This document shows, one piece after another, positions 47,690 to 61,100 of a stretch of DNA of 64,000 nucleotides (its first letter is position 1; each line of letters opens with the position of its first letter). Position numbers and translations under genes: made by a program. Source of the DNA: Azolla caroliniana (lineage: Eukaryota; Plantae; Polypodiophyta); NCBI GenBank assembly GCA_043228905.1, contig JBHGNT010000051.1, positions 62,001-126,000 on the forward strand, written 5' to 3'. Under the pieces are notes generated by a model, which saw only the letters and a program-made list of their open reading frames with translations, was not told where the DNA came from and did not search any database.

Positions 47690-48870
47690 TCACAACTGCA
47701 TGGTGGTCGTCACTCGCATTGGCTTGGTAGTGAAGAAAAGAGGGTTTCGGAACCAATTCCGAAACCAAGATCCGGATTGGAAGACCATCAACTGTGGCTC
47801 GGGAGACTATGACCGAGAAGAGAATCGATGCAACCACGGTGGAGCAGTTACTAAAGGAGATGAAGAATCTGAAAATCGCGATGGTGAAGAAGTCGGATGA
47901 CCATCCCACAAGCTCCAAGTATATGGACCGTCGATGCATATGGTGCGATAGTACCGAACATGATCGGAGGGATTGTGGCAAGCACAAGGAGGCGCTACGA
48001 CGGGACCTTATCTACTACGAGGGAAATCGGATTCATTCGATGGACTCTCGGAAGCCACTTCGACTGAACTTCTGAAAAGGCGGCATGAAGAAGGTCCTAG
48101 AGGAGGAAATAGCGGCAAAAAGCAATTATGCGACAACCACGGGGATATGTGTGGCTGAGTCATCTGGAGCAAAGGTGTCTTTTTGGCCGGAAGTGCTAGA
48201 AAACCCTGAGAAAACTGAGTCTAATGAGATCCGAAGCACCGCGGAAGGCATCCGACAAGCTACGGGATGGGAGTGCCCCGTCAATAAGAATAACGTGTAC
48301 GCCCTATGCCAATTACATGAGGTGTATGTAGATGAGAAACGATGGCGCACAGATGATGCGACCAGACCATCAAAGATGCCAGAGAGCTAAAACTCCGAAG
48401 GGAAGGGGAATAGAAAAACAATTCCGGCATTCAAACTCGCTTCGGACATCGAGTAACGAATGGACTTAAAAAAGGTGTTCGAGGAGAGAATCCTCGATAT
48501 CCGGGTAGATTTTTCGCTTCGGGAATTACTCGAAATAGCAAAGAAGGAGGACCACAATCTTCTTGTGGATCTCGTGAAGAGAAAAAGACAAAATACAGAG
48601 GAAAATGCTCCAAGGGTGAATGCAAATACTGTTCTAATGATTGACACCGAAGTGGAGGATGAAATTCCGAACTCCCATTACACAAGGCCACAGTGGGCAC
48701 ATGCAACTATGGAGACTCCGGTCCAAATCGGAAACATCAAGGACCTCGTACTAGCATTGATTGATCACGGATCGGAGATTAATTTGATGTCCAAGGAATT
48801 CTACCGGAAGGGGAAGTGGCCTATTAACACTAATCATGGATGGAAGATCCGGGCAGCCACTAAAACAACA
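47690..48870 (+). pseudogene. Gypsy-type gag Zn knuckle and aspartic protease fragment
   Basis: CIWCDSTEHDRRDC knuckle; VLALIDHGSEINLM protease-like site. Confidence 0.7.
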
Positions 48871-49754
48871 GAAGATCAAGTGCCTGCGGTCGGATGGTCT
48901 TCAAAGTTGGTTGAATGGGAAACGGAGAGGAAGATCAAATGCATGCAATCGGATGGCAGAAAAGAATACTTTTCTGGCCAATTCAACAATTATCTACAGC
49001 AAAAGGGAATTCGGAGAGAATTCAGCTACAAATACACACCGGAACAAAACGGTGTGGCCGAAAGGAAGAACCGGTCAATTGAAGACGCGGCAAGGGCGAT
49101 GCTAGAGGAGAAGAGCATGCCTAAATTCAACTGGGTTGAGGTGGTCCGGACGGCCGTCTAAATCCAAAACTGGATCGGAGACAAGGTGTCCACAGACGAG
49201 TTGTATTTCAGGCGCAAACCGAATTTGAGACACATTCGGATATTTGGTAGCATAGCATATGTACATGTACCAGATGAGAAGCGGAGGAAGTTGGATCGAA
49301 AGTCGGAGAAGTGCATCCCAGTCGATTACTCACATGAATAGAAGGGGTATAAATGCTATAACCCCTGGACCAAGCAAAAGGAATCGAGGAGACTCTGCCG
49401 TGCTCTCCCCGCACAAGGAATCGAGGAGACAGTTCACACGCAAAGAGAAGGGGAAGCAGAAGATGTCAGAGTACAAAACCGGCAATGTTGAGTCGGATCG
49501 GAGCGAATCCGACTCCGGAAAGGAAGAAGGCGGATCTTCGGGAACGAAGTCCGAACCGGCCAAGAAAAACCCCAAACCGTGTGATGACAAGTTACATCGG
49601 TCTATCCGCTAAAAGAACCCCGTAAAGTGGTACGGGTACAATGAGTACATGGCGCATCACTATGCGTACATGACCAAGGTGGCGGAAGTGCGTGAGCCAG
49701 AAAGCTACATAGATGCGGCAAAGGACACGAATTGGCGTGCCGCAATGGAGGAAG
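48871..49754 (+). mobile_element. Internal copia fragment (integrase to RT start) of the 41327 family
   Basis: SDGRKEY...TPEQNGVAERKNR; EPESY...NWRAAMEE cut by the next LTR. Confidence 0.8.
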
Positions 49755-52700
49755 TGTTGAATACAGGTTTCTAATGGAAGTATTCCCACTGTCTCCTTTT
49801 GTACACTCTAGGCTTAGACTATTTATGTAAATAGTGAGAAAGGTAGTTGCCCTAAGTTAGTCAGTATATAAATTGACTTTATAACCTAGTTGAGGTTGCT
49901 AGCTCAAATAAGATAGCCTCTTGATCTTGTGCCTAACTCTCTCTCTCTCTCTGTTGCGTATTTGTTGTATCTCGTTTCTCTGTCTATGTTGCCTTTGATC
50001 TTTCTGTTTTTACACACTATCTTATGAACTTCAGAAGAAGAGTCATCGATTAGCTTCTGCATCAGAAGGCGGCGGTTCCCAACATTTGGTATCAGAGCTT
50101 GGTTTCTTTGTTTGATTCCGCTGCCACCTTCCATCTGGTATCCAACGACAACTTTTCTTTGTCTATTCTGAAGATCTTAGCTGATCTTGGCAGGAAAATT
50201 ACAATGAGATTATTTTTTTGCAAAGGGAAACATGACGAAGTCTACACTCCATTGTTCTAGATCACACTCGATTCGTGGTTGTAACCTCTCAAAGTGAGAT
50301 TTCTATCTTGACTAGGCTAAATCATTGCTTCAATCGACTAGGTGGAAATCGAATAGGTCAACTAATGCTATTCTTGTACTTGTCATAGTCACCTAAAGCA
50401 AACACGACTCCAGGGACAACCCCAACCCATGTTTCATTCAACTGGACGACATTCGGGAGGACCAGTAGGCTCCATCCCTCTCATTGTTGAAGTCAACCGA
50501 AACAGGGTCAGCCTGGAGTACTGCATAGAATTCGTGTTGGGAAACTTTAGAAATATTGAATCATCAAATCCGGGTTCAACTCGACTAACTAGAACAACAT
50601 CAAGTGGGCTAAGTTGTTGCACGCAACCACAGTTCGTAGGTAACTCCAGACAAAGTCCACTTTACCAACACAGATGGCTTCAACATCCGGCTCGTCAGAG
50701 ATGAGTCTACGAAAGTTCGACAGATCAAACTTCAACTTCTGGAAGGAGAAGATGCAAGACTATCTAATAGTCAAGGGGCAAATTGACCCAATTGAGAACG
50801 AAGACCCTCCAGAAGGATACAAACCAATTGAGTGACAGAAGCTGGACAAAATCGTTCACGCCACTATTCGGATGCACCTATCAGAGTTCGTATACTTCAC
50901 GGTACAATCATGTTCGACAGTCTTCCAATTATGGAAGACGCTATCGGATACTTATGAAAAGAAAGTCGCCGCCACGAAGATACTCTTGATTCGACGTCTC
51001 TACAATCTTCCAATGAAGGAATCTGATTCAGTCCAGGCACACCTAAACGAGTACGAAAGTCTTAGCTCCCAAATTGCAGCTCAGGGGACGATCATTGAGG
51101 ATGAACTATAAACGATGCTGCTTATGAGTAGTCTCCCTCCATCGTGGGAGACCTTCGTCACAACCGTGTGCAATGCATCAACCACGACCATAAAGTACTC
51201 ATCAATTACAAGCGCCATTCTTACCAAGGCAGCTTGGAGAAAATCGTTTGCGAATGATTCGGCCAATGACGCTTACGTAGTACAAGGTTTGACTGACCAA
51301 TCGAATAGCCGTGGAAGGGACCCTTCATGGCAGTCGAACAATCAGCGAAGGCAGAGCCAGTCACGGGATAATCGAGTATGCAATTACTGCAAGAAACCCG
51401 GACACATCAAAGTCGATTGTCGTGCACTCAAGACCAAAAATGACAAGGCTAAGCGAGCCGATTAGAAGAGTGGCCGGCATGAGGCGATCAACTACATCGG
51501 CTCTTCAGCCGAAGTATTATCAAATGACCCGAACATACTATCAATTGAAAATCTAGTCAGGTCAGAAATTTTGCCCACGACTGAAGAATTGAGCACATGG
51601 CTCTTAGATTCGGGTGTGTCCTTTCATGTGACTCCCCATCGATCCCAATTTCGGCAATACACAACCAGAAATATGTCGCCCTTAGCCGAGTAGCCCTCTA
51701 GGACTTCAGATACCTCAGGAATTATGGACCGGCAGCAAACCGAATTACGACAAGCTGAGGATTTTCGGATGTGAGGCATATGCCCTCATCCCGAAAGATG
51801 ATCGCCGCAAACTTGCAGCACGGTCCAAGAAATGTATTTTCCTTGGTTATGGATTAGATAGCAAAATGGGATATCGACTCTGGGACCCCGAACACAGACA
51901 AATCATTCCAAGTTCGGACATAGTGTTCAATGAGTTAGCTATGAATCAATTGGTCGAAAAGCCGATCGAAGTTCGAAATGAACTCCATTCAAGCAAACAA
52001 GACTTGGGACTTGGTCAAATTACCAAAAAATCAACGTGCTCTTTCGTGCAAGTGGGTCTATTGAATTAAAGAGACGTCTGATTCTGCTAACCCAAAATTC
52101 AAAGCCAGACTAGTAGCAAAGGGTTTTCGACAGGAATACAGCGTCAATTTCGACGAAATCTTTTCACCAGTGGTGAAACTGACAACCCTTCGCTTTATGC
52201 TCGGCATAGTGGCAGCTGAAAATTTGGAGCCGATTCGGCTAGATGTAAAAACAGCTTTCCTCCATGGTGATCTTCAGGAGGAAATTTATATGGAGCAACC
52301 GAAAGGTTTTGTGGCATCCGACCAAGAACATCTAGTATGCCGACTCAAGAAGAGTCTTTACGGCCTGAAACAGGTGCCGCGACAGTGGTATAAGAAGTTT
52401 GACGACTTCATCAAATCGATCGGCTTCTCAAAGAGCAATGAGGACCACTATCTCTTCAGGAAAACAGCTCGAGATGGATCACCCATCTTCCTCATCATCT
52501 AATTTCTAAATGCCATGCAGCCGAACTAGCCGAACTCATTCGGCAACTGCGGTTGAAGTTTGCCATGAAGGACTTCGGTCCTGCATGACACATTCTCAGT
52601 AAGAAAATAAGTCGGTATCGTAATCGAAGACAACTATTTCTGTCCCAATCTGACTACATTGGACGTGTCCTTGAACGCTTCAAGATGGTATCAGCTAAAT

Positions 52701-53067
52701 CTACCTCTACCCCACTCCCTATTAGTACTCGACTCTCTCGACGAGATTGCACAACATCCGGTCCGGAGGGGGAAATTATGAATTCGGTACCGTATGCACC
52801 GGCAGTTGGCTCCCTAATGTACATGATGGTCGCAACACGGCCTAATATCGCTCATGTCGTTGAAGTCATCAGGAGATTTATGCATAATCCCGACCGATCG
52901 CACTCGAACGCAATCAAGCATGTGTTCAGATATCTAGTGGGCACAAAAGACCTTTGTATTATATTCGGCCCGAACAACATCTCAAGCGTGGTCGGATCCA
53001 CTAACTCTGACTTTGTGGGTTGCATTGACAGCCGTAAATCGACAACCGGGTATTGCTTCAAATTTGG
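49755..53067 (+). mobile_element. Degraded Ty1/copia element of a third family (5' LTR 49755-50084), 3' end absent
   Basis: TGTTGA...CCAACA then TGGTATCAGAGC at 50087; CNYCKKPGHIKVDC, WLLDSG, LDVKTAFLHGDL, KSLYGLKQ, SRKSTTGY. Confidence 0.88.
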
Positions 53068-56000
53068 TGTAAATGAATATGTTGTGCGGAAGATTGTGCG
53101 TAAACGCAGAGTACACAGTTCGGAAGAATAAGACAATTTGGAGATGGAGAGGGAGAGACAGAGAGAGCAGACAACACAGTTCTATTTCAAAATAATGACA
53201 CTCAGTTCTGTACATACTTCGTGCTCATTGAGCACCGTATATACAAGCCCTGACAATCGGGCTGACACAAGTACTGACAGTACTTGACGCTCATAAATGA
53301 GCCGCTACACTTACTCCCAAAATTATTCCTTACGAGGAATATCTCTCTAACTGCCTTTCGATTTACGCACCGATACGACGAGGTTGTGCATACTATTTTA
53401 CGCACCCAGTCTACGCACTGGGTTACGCTGCGTACTTCGCACCGAATGTTGAGCTTGTCTCTCAACACTCCCCCTCAAGCTCAACTTGAGGTTCCGTCTG
53501 CTCTTCCGGATCTACGCTCTGGTTCCTTCTGGCTTCACGGCTCGCTCGCGCTCTTCGACCCGTTCGATTCCACGCGCTTCGACCCTTCTAGGCGGCTTGT
53601 CTGCTCGTTCGGCCCTTCTCAACACCCTTGTTGTCGCGGTCTCGGCAAGTCCTCCGCAGCCCTTTTCTCTACATGGCCTTCAGTTGATTCAACGTATCCG
53701 AAACAAACATCCGAACCGACTCGGCTTCCTCCGATTGATTTTCGTTTTCGTCCGAGTTGGTTGTCTCCAACTCGTCTTCAGTATTTTCACCCTTGATGGC
53801 TTCATCTCCCCCATGCTTGGCTGACTTCAGCTCTTTCCTATGATTGCGGCCCTTGCTTCTTCCTTCGGCTTCTTCAGCCGATTCGAAAATGAATTCCTCA
53901 TCTGATTCCTCATCACGGTCACTTCCGGCGTGATGCTTACCTCCGCTCCTTTCACGCTCTTGTCCCTATTCTTCCTTTCTCCCCCTCAAGTTCGGTGTGT
54001 CGAGGTGACGCAACCCTAGCTCACCGGAGAAATGTTGTAACTTGTCGAGACTTGTCAAGATGTCAGCAACTTGCCGATCTGTCAGAACATACGCTAGTTC
54101 GACTTCACCTCAAAGGACCCGCTCGCGGACAAAATGGTAATGCACCACAATGTGCTTGGTCCAGGCGTGGAACACTGGGTTCTTTGCAAGGTGAATATTG
54201 CTAAGGTGGTCGCAATGGATCATCGTCGGATCAAACACCTCTACCTACAGATCCCGTAATATCCGTTTCAACCAAATGACTTCGCACGTAACGACAATCG
54301 CCCCTCGATATTCGGCCTCCGTGCTCAACAATGCTACTGTCGGCTGCTTCTTGCTGCTCCACGTAATCGCCACACTTCCTAATGAGAATGTGTATCCAGA
54401 TGTGGATCGACGATCGTGGTCATTTCCGGCCCAATCGGCATCCGAGTAGTCGACTAACTGTTCGGCTACTCCAGCTCGATATAGCAACGTCATGTCTTTC
54501 GTGCCGCTTACATATCGAAGTATCCGTTGCACGCACTGAAAGTGTTCGGCCGTAGGCTGCGACATGAATTGACTGATCATGCCAACCGGGTAACTGAGGT
54601 CCGGCCGAGTAATAGTCAAATAGATGAGGCTTCCAACAATCTGTAAGAACCGTGTCGGGTCACACGCCTTGCCTGAATCTGGGCGAAGCTTCGGGTTTCT
54701 ATCCAGAGGGGTCGAGATGGGCTTACAGTTTGTCATCCCGAACTTGAAGAGCATATTCAGCGCATAATGACGTTGGCTGATCAATATGCCTTCGGGGGTA
54801 CGGATCACTTCGATCCCGAGGAAGTAATGAAGGTCCCCGAGATCCATCATTTCAAACAATGCCGCAAGCCGAGACTTCACGCAGCGGATTTCGTCAAGGT
54901 CGGCACCGGCGATGACTAAATCATCAACGTACAAGAGCAAACTGACCGGTCCATATTGTCCTTGCCGAACAAATAGAGAAGAGTCTGATTTCGACGGCGC
55001 AAACCCCATCCTACACAACTGTTGCGTAATCTTTGCGTTCCAAGCTCATGATAGTCCACGTCGTGCTTCTGTGCGTAGCCTTTCGCTACCAACCTGGCCT
55101 TGTATCGGTTGACCGAGTTGTCGGTGTTGTACTTAACATTGTATACCCACTTACATCCGATTGGCTTCACACCTTTCGGTGCGTCAACCATGTCCCAGGT
55201 TCCATTTGTTGTAGGTTTTAGAGTTAGGGTTAGGGTTAAGGATGATGATGGTTAACGATGACGAAGATAGACATGGTGAAATAGCAAAGATGATGAAGAG
55301 TATGATGGTGAGAGAGATCATGTGCATTGACAAGCATTGCGGGGTGGGGGGGTGGTGCCTAGAATGGCTCCACCCCCCTCCCAAGGGGATTCAACGTTGA
55401 GGGGGAGAGAGAGAGAGAGAGAGAGAGAGATGAAAAGAGAGATAGATAGAGAGAAATGATTCATTCATCTTTCATTCATTCCCCATAGGGGGTTAAATAG
55501 TACAAGAGGGGGTAGATACATAGGGGTGTAAGCCCCCTCGAGCATTCATACTGGACACTCACTCGCACCTCCTCGTATCCATCCACATGCACACACGTGT
55601 GCATGTGTTCACATACGTATAGACTCACAATTACATTTATGTCCCCTACACATACACAACAACATCATGATAACATTCGACCCTCGCTCATCACATTGAC
55701 TCTCCATAAATCTCGTACGGGGTAACACAATATGGCACGCCCGTGGGAGAGTGCCTTGCACGTCGATCCCACATGCCTTGATGATGATATTTCTTCGACC
55801 GGAACTTCCATCGGTCCTTTCAACGATCGACTCCCTCGATCGGAGTGCTTGACTCGAACATCTTTGTCGGTCAGCAAATCTTTCCGCGACACAACATTCT
55901 CGTTCTGTCGGCTTACGAACTTCGTCATGGGTCTAAAATAACATTGTGTGTATGTGTGTTCTTCTTTCTATTTTGTGAGTTATCGTGATTCAATTACATT

Positions 56001-58155
56001 GATTTCATTCAAGTTGATGAGTTTTTAAAATGATGTATTATACCCTCAAATTTCTAAAATTTCATTCCGTACCCTCACGGTTTTGAAATTTCATTTGCTA
56101 ACCTCAAGTTTTTAAAATCTCACAAATGCCCCTCTCTTCTCTTTTTTCCTCTCTCTTGTTTTTCGGTTTCATCTATAATTTCACTTTTACTTTTAGGTCA
56201 TTTTTTCCATTTTTCTGTTTGTCTTCTTCTCATTTTCTTACATTTTTTTTTTTTTCCCCTTACATTTTGCGTCTTCTCTAGTCTTCTACTCTTGCGTGCT
56301 TCCTTCTTCTTGGTGTTAACCGTTGCATCTTCTGTTCTTCTTGTCTTTCATTTCCTTTTCTCTGTTCTTCCACTGCTAATGGTGCTTCTCTTTCCTCTTT
56401 GTTCCATCGTTTCTCTTCTTTCTTTCTTTGCGAGTTCTTCTTGTTTGATGTCTTCTGCAAATCTTCTCTCTTTCTTCCTTTGTTTCTTCCACTTCTTCTT
56501 GTTCTATTTTGGTGTTTCGGGGTAGGGAGGAAACACGACCGTCACTCTCCCTTTGCTTGCACGTCATCTCCTTCTTTGTGCTGCCGCCGTCATTTCCGTT
56601 GCCCAACCGTGGTGGTCCGTCTCTTTCCGGTCCTTACACCTGCTACCGCATCATCCTGCCGCTCCAATCGTTGCTGTTCGGCCCGTCCGTTCTCGGCTGT
56701 TTGTCTGTGTCTCCGACTCCGTCCGGTCAGTCAGTCAAATTCGGCCGTTATTGTCTGTCCGGCCCGTCGTTTCAACGTCATCGCCGTTCTGGCCGTCGGT
56801 TCTCCGGCCATTCTTGTCGCTTTTCGGCGGTGTCGCTGTTCTGGTTGTTGTCCAGTCGTTTCTCGGGCCGCTCCGATTGCTCATGTATGGTCACTCTCCG
56901 GCCTATCCGACCGCTTGAATTGCTATTCATCGTTGTCATCGTCTCCTTCGCTTTTCGGCGGCTCTGTCCTCATCGCCGGCTCCGTTGCTTTTCGGTGTCC
57001 ATGTCCCATCATTTGGCTGTTGCCATTGTCGTGGCTGTGCATTTCGGAAATCGTCTCTATCGCTCTTCGGCTCTGTCCGGCCGTCGTCCCACTGTCTTCC
57101 AATCGTGTGTCTGGTCTGTCCGTCTGTGTGGTCGCCTGTTCGGCCCATTTGACCCATCCTATTGTGTCTTGTGTCTTTTTGGTCACCTTTGTCTAGTGCA
57201 TCCGTCCGTATCTTTCGAGCACTATTGGTTGATGTCTGGTTTGCATCTGCATCTCCTCCGTCTTCTTCGGCCCTTCGGTGTTAACCGGCTCCGGTTCTGG
57301 TTCCGATTCTGGTTCCGACTCTCTCTGTGTTGCTACTTTTAGAACCACCTCTTGTGCATTCTCAGCACATCCTGCCGGTCTCCGCTCCACACACTGCGAC
57401 TTTCTCTGCAGTCTCCTGGTGGGCTTCTCTTTCCAGTCGTGCTGGCACCGGTTCCCACTGCATCGCAGTTTGTACAGCCGTGCATCTTGCACCACGCTTT
57501 CAAAAACACGCACATTGTCGCTAACCGCATCGGAAACCCGCACATTGACACTAATCGCAACCTCGCACAACCATTGTTGCCATTCATGCATTCCTCCATC
57601 TGTACTTCTTGGACTTCTTCATCAAAGGGGGTCCGCCGTTGTGGTCGCCAAAAGGTGTTGTAGGTTTTAGAGTTAGGGTTAGGGTTAAGGATGATGATGG
57701 TTAACGATGACGAAGATAGACATGGTGAAATAGCAAAGATGATGAAGAGTATGATGGTGAGAGAGATCATGTGCATTGACAAGCATTGCGGGGTGGGGGG
57801 GTGGTGCCTAGAATGGCTCCACCCCCCTCCCAAGGGGATTCAACGTTGAGGGGGAGAGAGAGAGAGAGAGAGAGAGAGATGAAAAGAGAGATAGATAGAG
57901 AGAAATGATTCATTCATCTTTCATTCATCCCCCATAGGGGGTTAAATAGTACAAGAGGGGGTAGATACATAGGGGTGTAAGTAATACAAAAGTAATTATT
58001 GCGTGTTTATCTGTGTCTTTGTATTGTTTTACCGTCTGTTCTTAATTGTAATCATCTTACACGTGTAACCTAGCGTCCAATCCTTACCACCCCTTTGGAG
58101 AAGTGTCGGATAGACACCTGTGTTGAGGCTAGTCCGGCCAGGCAGACAAACTATT

Positions 58156-61100
58156 TGTTGGGAATCGATGCTTCGATTCACCTTCTTCACTCGGCCACAA
58201 CCGAGTAATCGCGGATCAATGCAGCAGAAAATAGAAACCAAAAGAGAGAAACACACGAGTACACAGGGATTAACGTGGAAAACCCTAGATGGGAAAAACC
58301 ACGGGAGTACAAGACTCCAAACAACACTATACAAGAGAAGTATACAATGACGAGCTCCAAGGCGACGACCTTGAGCTCGCTGTCCTCGCCACAGGCGGCG
58401 GAAATACACAGAGGCGTCGTCCTCTTCCTCTCTCGCGCTCTATCTCTCACTCTGTCTCACGGCTGCTCCCTCTTCACTCCTCTTGAGTGGAAAAACAGAA
58501 AAATGATAAGCAACAACAAAACAGTTTGCCCTAAGTCATATTTATACATATATGACTTTGGGGCTATTTACAACTATAGCCTCAGGGGCCCATAGCAGAC
58601 ATATTCACGGATATGTCCCTGTATTCGGATCGCTCTCCGGGTACATTCGTCATCCGGCTCCGAAGTCGGGGTCTTCATCATCCGGTTCCGAAACCGAAAC
58701 CGGGCTTGTCGGCATTCATCTCCGACATCCGACCATCCCATCCGAAGGGACCGTAATCCCAACAAACTCCCCCTTCACTTCGGCATGAGATGTCTTTCCA
58801 ATCCGATCCTCTTCCGGCATGCTTCCAGCTTGTCGGGTGTGAGCACCTTGGTCAGCATATCCGATCCGTTCTCGTCCGTGTGGATCTTTGTCAGCACGAA
58901 CTCCTTGTCTTCTATCCTTTCCCGGATCCAGTGATATCTTCGCTGGATGTGCTTCGTCCGGGAGTGATAGGCCGCATTCTTCGCAAGGTGGATTGCACTC
59001 TGACTGTCGCAGTAGAGTCGGTACTCCTCCTGCCGGATACCGAGCTCTCTAATGAAGTCCTTCATCCATATTATTTCCTTGCCGGCTTCAACAGCCGCCA
59101 TGTACTCTGCCTCCGTGGTTGACAACGCAACCGTCTTCTGCAGCCTCGACTGCCACGAAACAGCTCCCCCTGCATACGTCATCACATACCCTGATGTGGA
59201 CCGGCTGGTATCTGCATCAGCCGACATATCCGAATCGGTGAAACCGTCGAGTTCGGGTTTACCGGAGCCGAATCGGAGGCACACGTTTGCCGTGCCCTTC
59301 AGGTATCGAAGTATCCACTTGGCCGCGTTCCAATGCTCTTTGCCGGGATTGCTCATGTACCGGCTCACCACTCCGACTGCATATCCTATGTCCGGTCTCG
59401 TACACACCATGGCGTACATCAAGCTCCCGACGGCTGAGGCATACGGCACTTTCATCATATCCTCCTTCTCAGCCTTTGTCTTGGGACTTTGCTTGCTGGA
59501 CAGCTTGCAGTTTGCCGGGAGGGTCGATCCGACCGGTCTTGCTTCCGACATGTTGAACCGGTGAAGCACCTTCGTCACGTACTTCTCCTGTGACAGCCAC
59601 AACTGCTTCTTGCTCCGGTCCCGGATGATGTGCATCCCTAGTATTTGTCTCGCCGGACCCAGGTCCTTCATTGAGAAGGTTCGGTGAAGAGCCTTCTTCA
59701 GCATCCGGATCTTGACCTGGTCCCGTCCGACGATCAACATGTCGTCCACGTACAGGAGGAGTATTAGAGAGTGTCCTCCTTCAAACTTCTTCACAAACAC
59801 GCAGTGGTCGGACTGCGTTTTGAGGTACCCTTCGTCGGTCATGAAGGAGTCGAACTTCCGGTACCATTGCCGGGGAGCCTGCTTCAGTCCGTAAAGGCTC
59901 TTCTTCAACCGGCATACCAGGTGCTCCTTCCCTTTCTTCTCGAATCCTTCTGGTTGCTGCATGTAGATCTCTTCATCGAGGTCACCGTGAAGGAATGCCG
60001 TCTTCACGTCCATCTGTTCTACCTCGAGGTCCATGCTTGCCGCTATGCTCAGCACCGTCCGGATGGAGGTCATCTTCACTACCGGGGCAAATATCTCGTC
60101 GAAGTCGACGCCCTTCTTCTGCTGGAACCCCTTCACCACGATCCTGGCTTTGTATCTCGGGGGGTTTCCGGCATCTCCCGGTTTCAGCTTGAACACCCAC
60201 TTGTTTCGAAGTGCCCGCTTTCCTTTCGGCAACTCCACAAGTTCATATGTGTGGTTCTCATGCAGGGAATCCATTTCGTCCTGCATGGCACTCAACCACC
60301 TGCGGCTCTGGGTGTCATGTTTTGCTTCTTCAAAGCTCTCCGGCTCCCCCTCGTCGGTTAGCAGCACGTGCTCTGGTTCCGGAAATCTCCGGGGGGCCCT
60401 TCTCTCTCTTAGAGGATATCTCCGTTCCGGAGCTTCGGTAACCGGTTCTTCCGATTCTTCTTCATCCGAATCCATTTCGGGATCGGGGCCGGTTCCGGTA
60501 TCGTTTTCATCTTCTTCGGCCGGTTCTGTTTCTTCACCGTCTTCGGCCGGATCCTCGAGGCCTACCGGTCCCTTGCCGGTCGGGACTGCTCCTTGTAGAG
60601 TGGATCCTCACCGGTCGACTTGGAGCTATTTACCTTCTTCTCCGACTCCCAGTCGGCGAGTGTCTTGTCCTCCATGAAGATGATGTCTCGACTCCTGAAT
60701 ATCTTCTTGTCGACCGGGTCCCATACTCGGTAGCCGAACTCGTCATCGCCGTAACCGAGGAATATGCATGGCCGGGTCTTTGGATCTAGCTTTCCTCTCC
60801 GGTCCTTTGCCACATGCACGTATGCGAGACACCCGAACACCTTCAGATGCCGGTAGGACACTTTCTTACCGGTCCACACTTTCTGCGGCGTGTCTCCGTC
60901 CAAAGGTACTGAGGGTGATCTGTTTATCACGTATGTCGCCATCGACATTGCCTCAGCCCAAAACCCCTTGGGTAATTTCGCATGCGCCAGCATACTCCGG
61001 ACCCTCTCCATTATGGTCCGGTTCATCCTCTCGGCCAGCCCGTTCAGTTCCGGTGTCTTCGGCACAGTAAACTCGAGTCGGATTCCCTTCGAGCGACAGT

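Noticed and set aside
55207-55664. Solo LTR ending at ACAACA (55664)
   Set aside because: No TSD at that end; the CCATT duplication and shared ACGGGGTAACA terminus support ends at 55727 and 63543.
56278-57670. Overlapping 120-280-aa ORFs as host genes
   Set aside because: Low-complexity, strand-biased sequence inside the 55207-63543 element; no recognisable domains.
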